A stretch of 64,000 nt of DNA from an uncultured delta proteobacterium (GTDB taxonomy: Bacteria > Myxococcota_A > UBA9160 > UBA6930): contig CAVXZE010000001.1 in assembly GCA_963766175.1 (NCBI GenBank), positions 148,136 through 212,135 of the forward strand, read 5' to 3'. Under the pieces are notes generated by a model that was not told where the DNA came from, ran no database searches, and saw only the letters and a program-made list of their open reading frames with translations. Each line of letters starts with the position of its first letter. Within the stretch, counting starts at the first letter, position 1. The position numbers were made by a program, and so were the translations under genes. This document shows positions 57,481 to 64,000 of the stretch, one piece after another.

Positions 57481-59640
57481 ATGCTCCGCTTCAACGACAT
57501 CGCCGACCGCGCCCTCGAATACGATCCGGACTGCGATCTCGCCCTGCTCCAGCGCGCCTACGTCTACACGGCCAAAGTCCACGAGGGTCAGGTGAGGCAC
57601 TCCGGAGAGCCTTATCTCGTCCACCCCCTGGAGGTCGCCGGGATCCTGGTGGACATGCAGCTCGATGACGTGACCATCGTCGCGGGGCTGCTCCACGATA
57701 CCTTGGAGGACACCCTCACCAGCCTCGACGAGATCAAACGCCTCTTCGGCGAGGAGGTCGGCTTCCTGGTGGAGGGGCTGACCAAGATCTCCAAGATCGA
57801 GTTCACTTCCGCGAAGGAGCGCCAGGCCGAGAGCTTCCGGAAGATGCTGGTGGCGATGTCGAAGGACATTCGCATCCTCCTGATCAAGCTCGTCGACCGG
57901 CTCCACAACATGCGCACCCTCCAGTACATGGGAGAAGAGAAGGCGCAGCGGATCGCCCAGGAGACCCTCGACATCTACGTGCCCCTCGCCCACCGGCTCG
58001 GGATCAACTGGATGCAGCGCGAGCTCGAGGATCTGGCCTTTCGCACCCTGCGCCCCAAGGTCGCGGCAGATCTGGAGGGGAGGCTCAAAGGGCGCCATCA
58101 GGAGCGCGAGCGATACATCGAGGAGGTGCAGGGGATTCTCTCCGAGAGGCTCGGCGCCGTCGGCTTCCGAAGTGAGATCAGCGGTCGCCTCAAGGACCTG
58201 GCTTCGATCCACGCCAAGATGGAGAGCCAGGGCCTCAGTCTCGACGAGATCTACGATGTGATCGCCTTCCGAATCGTTCTGGAGGGAGAGAGTGCGGTGG
58301 TCTACTCGGCTCTGGGGCTGGTGCATTCGATCTGGCCACCGGTCCCGGGCCGCTTCAAGGACTACGTGGCCCTCCCCAAGCCCAACGGATACCAGTCCCT
58401 CCACACCACGGTGATTGGCCCTTACGGTGAACGGATGGAAATCCAGCTCCGTACGGCGGAGATGCACCAGGACGCGGAGCTCGGCATCGCCGCCCACTGG
58501 AAGTACAAGCAGGGTCTCGGCGGGGAGCAGAAGGACGACGCCAAGTTTGCCTGGCTGCGCCAGCTGATCGAGCGCCAGGGAGAGCTCGAGGATCCGAACG
58601 AGTTCTTCGACGCGGTGAAGGTGGATCTGTTTCCCGACGAAGTCTTCGTCTTCACGCCGAAGGGTGACGTCATCAATCTTCCGGCCGGGGCGACGCCATT
58701 GGACTTCGCCTATGCGATCCACAGCGAGGTGGGGAGTCACTGCTCTGGAGCCAAGGTCAACGGCAAGATGCGCCCTCTCCGCCACCAGCTCTCCGACGGC
58801 GATACGGTGGAGGTGCTGACCAGCAACGCCCAGGCCCCGCGCAAGGACTGGCTGGAGTTCGTGGTGTCGAGCAAGGCGCGCAGCCGGATCCGCCACGCGA
58901 TCCGGGGGGCGGAGAACGCCAGGAGCCGAGAGCTCGGCCGCGGGATCCTGGAACGGGAGCTGCGACGCGCCGGCTTCTCCTTGGCCCGGCTGCTGGAGGC
59001 CAAGGATCTCGACGAGGTGGCTCGGAAGCAGGCTGGAGGCGCCGTCGAGGATCTCTTTGCCAAGGTCGGCTACGGCAAGATCGCCGCATCGGCGGTGGTC
59101 CGCACGCTGCGTCCGGATTGGAAGGCGAACGAGCTGCCGGTCCCCAAGCCGAAGCCGCGAAAGCTCCGGGATCTGTTCCGGCGTGAGCCGCGCCCATCGA
59201 GCACCGGGATCCGGGTGGATGGACAAGGAGACGTGCTGATCCGCTTCGGTCGCTGCTGCTCGCCCCTCCCCGGTGACGAGGTGATCGGGTTCGTGACTCG
59301 CGGGCGCGGCGTGACCGTGCACCAGAAGGATTGCCGGGTCACCTTCGAGCTGGATCCCGAACGCCGGATCGATGTGGACTGGGACACGGAAGCGGACGTG
59401 TCCCACCGCATCCGAATCCGCGTGAAGTCGCGGGACGCGCCCGGGCTCCTGGCGGACATCACCAGGTCGATCTCCGCGGCGGGGGTCAACATCGGTGCCG
59501 CGCGGGTGGCCACAGACGCGAATGGCACGGCTACCCAGAACTTCGACCTCTGGATCACGGACGTGCGCGTGCTGAACAAGGTGATGAAGGAGATCGAGCG
59601 GGTCAAAGGCGTTCTCTCGGTCGAGCGAATCCGCTCGTGA
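57481..59640 (+). CDS. relA: Bifunctional (p)ppGpp synthetase/hydrolase (long RSH)
   Basis: HD hydrolase (LLHDTLED), synthetase (RLKD, YQSLHT, EIQLRT), TGS (FTPKG..DFAY.IH), CC zinc domain, ACT domain. Confidence 0.95.
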   Translation: MLRFNDIADRALEYDPDCDLALLQRAYVYTAKVHEGQVRHSGEPYLVHPLEVAGILVDMQLDDVTIVAGLLHDTLEDTLTSLDEIKRLFGEEVGFLVEGLTKISKIEFTSAKERQAESFRKMLVAMSKDIRILLIKLVDRLHNMRTLQYMGEEKAQRIAQETLDIYVPLAHRLGINWMQRELEDLAFRTLRPKVAADLEGRLKGRHQERERYIEEVQGILSERLGAVGFRSEISGRLKDLASIHAKMESQGLSLDEIYDVIAFRIVLEGESAVVYSALGLVHSIWPPVPGRFKDYVALPKPNGYQSLHTTVIGPYGERMEIQLRTAEMHQDAELGIAAHWKYKQGLGGEQKDDAKFAWLRQLIERQGELEDPNEFFDAVKVDLFPDEVFVFTPKGDVINLPAGATPLDFAYAIHSEVGSHCSGAKVNGKMRPLRHQLSDGDTVEVLTSNAQAPRKDWLEFVVSSKARSRIRHAIRGAENARSRELGRGILERELRRAGFSLARLLEAKDLDEVARKQAGGAVEDLFAKVGYGKIAASAVVRTLRPDWKANELPVPKPKPRKLRDLFRREPRPSSTGIRVDGQGDVLIRFGRCCSPLPGDEVIGFVTRGRGVTVHQKDCRVTFELDPERRIDVDWDTEADVSHRIRIRVKSRDAPGLLADITRSISAAGVNIGAARVATDANGTATQNFDLWITDVRVLNKVMKEIERVKGVLSVERIRS

Positions 59641-60497
59641 GTGAACGAGGTCGAGAGACTGCTCACCGAGCCCCGGACGGGTCGGACGGCGACAGACTGC
59701 CACTCAGCTGCTGCATCATCGCGTGCAACGAGGAGCGCGGTATCCGCCGCTGCCTGGAGTCGGTCTCCTTCGCCGATGAATGCGTGGTGGTGATCGATTC
59801 GAGGAGCTCCGATGCCACCGAAAAGATCGCGGGGGAGCTGGGAGCCCGGGTCATCGAGCATCCCTACCAGGGGAACATCGAGCAGAAGAACTTCGCTCTG
59901 GCCCAGGTGAAAGGGGACTGGATCCTCTCCCTCGACGCAGATGAGGCGATTACCGAACCCCTGGCGCGCGAGATCCGCTCGCTCCTGGCCGCGCCACCGT
60001 CCGAGGTGGACGGCTACGAGATCAACCGGGTCACCTACCACCTGGGACGCTGGATTCGCCACGGGGACTTCTATCCCGACTGGCAGCTGCGGCTCTTCCG
60101 CCGCGGCGCCGGTGAGTGGACCGGCGTGAATCCCCACGGTCGCATCCGGCTCCGAGGCCTGGTGCGCCGGCTCTCCGGCGAGTGCGAGCACCGAAGCTAC
60201 CGCGATCTCGCCGATCAGATCGACCGCATCCAGGACTTCAGCCGGATCCAGGCCCGCGCCTCGCACGCCGAGGGGCTGCCGGTACGGATCCGCGACATGA
60301 TCCTGCGGCCGCCGGCGCGGTTTTTCAGGGCCTATTTCCTCAAGCAGGGCTTTCGTGATGGGGTGCCGGGGCTGGTGATCGCCACGGCGACCGCCTTCCA
60401 CGTCTTCTTGAAGTACGCCAAGCTGTGGGAGCTCGAGCGGGTGCACCCTCGGGAGGACACCGCCCGAAATGCGGGTAAGGCCCGCCGGGCTTCGTGA
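59637..60497 (+). CDS. GT2 glycosyltransferase (WaaE/KdtX-like)
   Basis: LSCCIIACNEE, DS.S.D.T, QKNFAL, WILSLDADE, YPDWQLRLFRR, YFLKQGFRDG. Confidence 0.85.
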   Translation: MSERGRETAHRAPDGSDGDRLPLSCCIIACNEERGIRRCLESVSFADECVVVIDSRSSDATEKIAGELGARVIEHPYQGNIEQKNFALAQVKGDWILSLDADEAITEPLAREIRSLLAAPPSEVDGYEINRVTYHLGRWIRHGDFYPDWQLRLFRRGAGEWTGVNPHGRIRLRGLVRRLSGECEHRSYRDLADQIDRIQDFSRIQARASHAEGLPVRIRDMILRPPARFFRAYFLKQGFRDGVPGLVIATATAFHVFLKYAKLWELERVHPREDTARNAGKARRAS

Positions 60498-61624
60498 GGA
60501 TTCTCCAGCTCACCAGCGACTGGAAGTGGACCGGGTCTGCGGAGCCCATGTTGCGTCTGGGCCTGGCGCAAAGAGAGCGCGGATTCGAGGTTCACCTGGC
60601 CTGCCCGATGCCTCCCGATCCGCGACAAGGAGGCGTGTCGCAGGAGGCGGAGAAGGAGGGTCTGCTGCCAGAGCTCGCCATCCTCCGGGCGCGCGGGTTT
60701 CGGCCCCTGGCCGACCGGGGCGAGATCAAGGCGCTTCACTCCCTCCTCGAGCACCACGAGATCGACATCGTCCACACCTGGCACACCCGGGACCATCTGC
60801 TGGCGCTGCGGGCGGCTGGCGCGCGCAGACGCCGGGGAGTGACGGCCCTGGTGCGCTCCTACCGGAAGGCCGAGGAGATTTCCCGGCTTCCCTGGAACCG
60901 CTGGCTGTTCGGTCCGGGAACCGATGGGCTGCTCTGCGTCTCGCCGGAGACGGCAGAGCGCAACCGGGTCCTTCGCGGTGGTCGGCCCTTGCGCGGCGTC
61001 TTCGGGGCCGTGGACACCGAGCGTTTCTCCCCGCAGCCGCCGGACCCGCAGGTCCGCGCCGCCCTCGGCCTCGCGCCGGAACACCTGGTGGTCGGAATCG
61101 TCGCTCGGGTCCAACGGCACCGCCGCTTCGAGCTCTTGCTGGAAGCAGCCGCTCGCCTTCTGAACCGTGACCCCCGGACACGGCTCCTGGTGGTGGGCCG
61201 CGGGACCCACCGGCGAACCGTCGCCGAGGAGCCGGCGCAACGGATGGGTCTCGCGGATCGGGTGATCTTCGCCGGATATCGGAAGGAGGACTACACAGAG
61301 GTGCTTCGCGCCATCGATGTCTTCACCTTCCTGGTGCCGGGGAGCGACGGGACCTGTCGCGCACTGCTCGAGGCCGCGGCCTGCGGGATTCCCGCGGTGA
61401 CCTCGAAGCGCGGCGCACTGCCGGAGATCGTCGTCGACGGGGTCACCGGAGTCCTCTGCGAAGAAGACCCGGATGCCCTGGCCAGCGCCTGGCGCGACCT
61501 TCTGGAGGCCCCCCTGCGTCGCCGCAGCATGGGCGAGAATGCGCGCAGGCGCGCCGAGGCCGTCTTTACCCCCGCCCATTTCGCCGAAGAGGTCACGGCG
61601 CTCTACCGGGAAGCGCGCGGCTGA
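60494..61624 (+). CDS. GT4 family glycosyltransferase
   Basis: DIVHT, VDTERF, FAGYR, LLEAAACGIP.V, GALPEIVVDG.TG. Confidence 0.85.
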   Translation: MRILQLTSDWKWTGSAEPMLRLGLAQRERGFEVHLACPMPPDPRQGGVSQEAEKEGLLPELAILRARGFRPLADRGEIKALHSLLEHHEIDIVHTWHTRDHLLALRAAGARRRRGVTALVRSYRKAEEISRLPWNRWLFGPGTDGLLCVSPETAERNRVLRGGRPLRGVFGAVDTERFSPQPPDPQVRAALGLAPEHLVVGIVARVQRHRRFELLLEAAARLLNRDPRTRLLVVGRGTHRRTVAEEPAQRMGLADRVIFAGYRKEDYTEVLRAIDVFTFLVPGSDGTCRALLEAAACGIPAVTSKRGALPEIVVDGVTGVLCEEDPDALASAWRDLLEAPLRRRSMGENARRRAEAVFTPAHFAEEVTALYREARG

Positions 61625-61646
61625 GCGACCCGGTGCGAAGAGCAGG

Positions 61647-63554
61647 CTAGTGGGAGGTTTCCTCGCGCTCCTCGCTCTGGATGGACATCAGCTCGCGGTA
61701 GAGACCTTCCTCGGCCATCAGCTCCTGGTGGGTTCCCAGACCGACGATGGTGCCCTTCTTCAACACCACGATCTTGTCGGCATGGCGGACCGTCGAGAGT
61801 CGGTGGGCGATGATGAACACGGTGCGTCCCGTGAGCAGCGCCTCGATGGCCTCCCGAACGTAGCGCTCGCTCTTCGCGTCGAGGGCGCTGGTCGCCTCGT
61901 CGAAGATCAGGATGGCCGGGTTCTTGAGGATTGCCCGGCCGATGGTAATGCGCTGTCGCTGCCCCCCCGAGAGCATCACCCCGGCGTCGCCCACGTCCGT
62001 CTCGTATCCCGCTGGAAGGGTATCGACGAACTCGTCCACATTGGCCGCGCGTGCGGCCGCTTCGATCTCTGCCTCGGTCGCATCCGGCCGTCCGTAGCGG
62101 AGGTTGTCCCGGATGCTGCCGGCGAACAGGAAGGGCTCCTGCGTCACCACGGCGATGTGGGCGAGCAGGGAGGCGCGCTCGATACGGCGAAGGTCGATGC
62201 CGTCGATTCCGATGGAGCCCGAATCCGGGTCGTAGAAGCGCAGCAGGAGGTCCGCCAGGGTCGTCTTCCCCGCACCGGTGGGCCCGACGATCGCCACCAC
62301 CTCCCCGGCACGCACGTCCAGGGAGACGTTCTGGAGCACCGGCTCCCGCCCGTAGGAGAAGGAGACCCCGGAGATCCGGATGCCCTCGCGCACCCCCTGC
62401 AGCTGCACTGCGCCGGGGACGTCCGCGAGATCGGGCGCCACATCCATGAGCTCGAAGAAGCGCTCCGCCGACGGGGCTGCCTCCATCAGGTGCGTCCAGC
62501 CCTTGGCGAGATCCTTCATCGGCCGGTAGGTCGCCTGCATCACCAGCACGAAGGCGGCCAGGGAGCCGAGGCTGAGCCCCCACATCTGGTTCATCACCAG
62601 AGTGGCTCCGACCAGGATGATGGCGATGCCGATGCCGTTGTTGAGGCCCTCGACCGAGGTCCTCGCCAGGGTGCGGTTCATGACCACCTTCATGTTGCGC
62701 CGGAAGTAGCGGAGGTTCTCTTTCTGGAAGGCGTTCTCCTCCACCGCCTGGGTGCGGAAGGCCTTGATCACCTTGATCCCGGCCAGGATCTGGACGAGCC
62801 GCTGGGTGACGTACGCCTGGCTTTCCTGACGCCGCTTGGCGCTCTTGCGGATGCGCTGCCCGAACGCGGTAATGAGACCGGCTATCAGGGGAGCTATGGC
62901 GAAGGTTGTCAGAGTGAGCTGCCAGGAGATCGAAAACAGAAAGCCGACGCTGACGAGCAGGGCCAGGAACGACTGCACCGAATCTGAGAAGAGAAGATCC
63001 AGCGCGAAATGGGCCCGGGTGGCGTCGTTGGTGGTGCGGGAGAGGGTCTCGCCCCGACTGGTCCGGTTGTGGAAGTGAAGCGGGAGGGCGAGAAGCTTCG
63101 CGCACAGCTCTTGCTGGATGTCCACCAGCGCCCGCCCCATCGTGTATTGGGCGAGATATTCCTGCCCGAAATGAGCGAGCGGGAGCACCAACACGATCAG
63201 CAGGCCGGCCAGGAGCACCTTGTAGAGGTTCTCACCGACCCCCTCCGCCAGCAGGTCTCGGGATTCGGCGTCGTCCGCGGTGGCGGGAACCTCGCCCGGG
63301 GGACTCTCCGGGGTCGCGTCGCCCTCCGTTCTCTCCGTCGACTCGCCCAGGTTCGAGAACCAGGCCCCCATGTCCACCGGGTTCCCGCTCTTGTACTGGG
63401 GCAGGATCACGTTGTCGAAGAGCGGCTTTACCAGATAGTTGCGGGCGTTGCGGGCGCCCGCGTAGACGAGCGAGCAGACGATTGCCAGGGCCAGGATGCC
63501 CAGGTAGGGACGCACATAGCGGAGAAGACGCCAGAAGGTCGTCGACAGACGCAA
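61647..63554 (-). CDS. msbA: MsbA-like lipid A/LPS exporter (ABC TMD+NBD)
   Basis: FWRLLRYVRPY start, ABC membrane domain, GPTGAGKTT, LSGGQRQR, DEATSALD, IAHRLST. LPS-cluster context. Start uncertain (TTG 63554). Confidence 0.75.
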   Translation of the reverse strand: MRLSTTFWRLLRYVRPYLGILALAIVCSLVYAGARNARNYLVKPLFDNVILPQYKSGNPVDMGAWFSNLGESTERTEGDATPESPPGEVPATADDAESRDLLAEGVGENLYKVLLAGLLIVLVLPLAHFGQEYLAQYTMGRALVDIQQELCAKLLALPLHFHNRTSRGETLSRTTNDATRAHFALDLLFSDSVQSFLALLVSVGFLFSISWQLTLTTFAIAPLIAGLITAFGQRIRKSAKRRQESQAYVTQRLVQILAGIKVIKAFRTQAVEENAFQKENLRYFRRNMKVVMNRTLARTSVEGLNNGIGIAIILVGATLVMNQMWGLSLGSLAAFVLVMQATYRPMKDLAKGWTHLMEAAPSAERFFELMDVAPDLADVPGAVQLQGVREGIRISGVSFSYGREPVLQNVSLDVRAGEVVAIVGPTGAGKTTLADLLLRFYDPDSGSIGIDGIDLRRIERASLLAHIAVVTQEPFLFAGSIRDNLRYGRPDATEAEIEAAARAANVDEFVDTLPAGYETDVGDAGVMLSGGQRQRITIGRAILKNPAILIFDEATSALDAKSERYVREAIEALLTGRTVFIIAHRLSTVRHADKIVVLKKGTIVGLGTHQELMAEEGLYRELMSIQSEEREETSH

Positions 63555-63621
63555 TTGGGGCGCGGAGCTTTCGCTGGAACTGTCCGTTGGACATCCTCCC
63601 GGGGGGACTTCCGTAGTCAGA

Positions 63622-63999
63622 TTAGGACAGTTCCGCGCAAATCGCGTCGCCGGCCCGCCAGCCCAGGAGGAGCTCCCCCTCCAGGCCCAGGCCCGCCAGC
63701 CCCTCGCGGGGCAGGCAGAATACCGGACGCCTGCCCGGGGTGTGGATCTCGACCTCCCCGGGCCAGCCATCGCCCCGCGCCGGGGCGGGTGCGGCGGCCT
63801 CGTCATCCCAGAGGGGTCGGGCGGGGTTCGGAATGCGGCTGATCCGCCCCTGGGAGAAGGGCATCAGGCGCCTCACCGATTCCTCGATCACGGCGTCGCT
63901 CTCGGCGAGGTTTGCCGGGTCATCTTTCACCACCGCACTGGCGACCACCTCGGCGAAGAGGCCGCCGCGCTCGGAGGGGTGAACCGTCAGGGCAATCGC
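63622..63999 (-). CDS. C-terminal fragment of a probable FAD-dependent oxidoreductase-like protein (truncated by window edge)
   Basis: Frame open to the window end. The tail GLGLEGELLLGWRAGDAI resembles the final helix of phytoene-desaturase-like flavoproteins. Confidence 0.4.
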   Translation of the reverse strand, partial: AIALTVHPSERGGLFAEVVASAVVKDDPANLAESDAVIEESVRRLMPFSQGRISRIPNPARPLWDDEAAAPAPARGDGWPGEVEIHTPGRRPVFCLPREGLAGLGLEGELLLGWRAGDAICAELS

Positions 64000-64000
64000 G

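Noticed and set aside
63232-63594. 120-aa minus-strand ORF with GGAGG next to its ATG upstream of msbA
   Set aside because: The SD has zero spacing, the product is unrecognisable and it overlaps msbA out of frame. A frameshift joining it to msbA cannot be supported from sequence alone.
1-64000. Defence system, prophage, transposon, retron or CRISPR locus
   Set aside because: No nuclease, reverse transcriptase, integrase, transposase or repeat-spacer array recognised; composition looks uniform and nearly all bases are explained by core genes.

Overview
High-GC, gene-dense core chromosome segment from a Gram-negative bacterium. The gene content and order look like a Myxococcota/deltaproteobacterial lineage (inference, not a database result). 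Left to right: partial sulfatase-TPR gene; gltX with tRNA-Gln(CUG) on the minus strand; a pared-down yceD-rpmF-fabD-acpP-(rpiB/glyA fusion)-nrdR-ribD-ribH-nusB operon; a ~14.4 kb chemosensory cluster (DUF4388 protein, 2 CheY-like, CheA, 2 CheW, a very long multi-TM MCP, Zn-ribbon pseudo-receiver, HEAT-repeat protein, CheR, CheB, coiled-coil/GAF protein); lptE-holA and rpsT; a TPR membrane protein plus a second DUF4388 protein; phoH-ybeY-lnt-prfB(+1 frameshift)-lysS-lolC/E-lolD-bamA-skp-lpxA-lpxI-gnnA-like-lpxB-waaA-lpxK; an inverted lptF-Kdo kinase pair; LPS core genes; yicC-remA-gmk-rel; two glycosyltransferases; an msbA-like gene and a partial gene at the right edge. I saw no mobile element, CRISPR array or defence island. 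The best candidates for new biology are: the accessory-rich chemosensory system and three sigma-28-like promoters that may tie it to the TPR/DUF4388 pair; the RpiB-SHMT fusion; the joint absence of fatty acid synthase II elongation genes from their usual loci; and extended LolC/E and BamA proteins. All calls come from motif recognition by eye.
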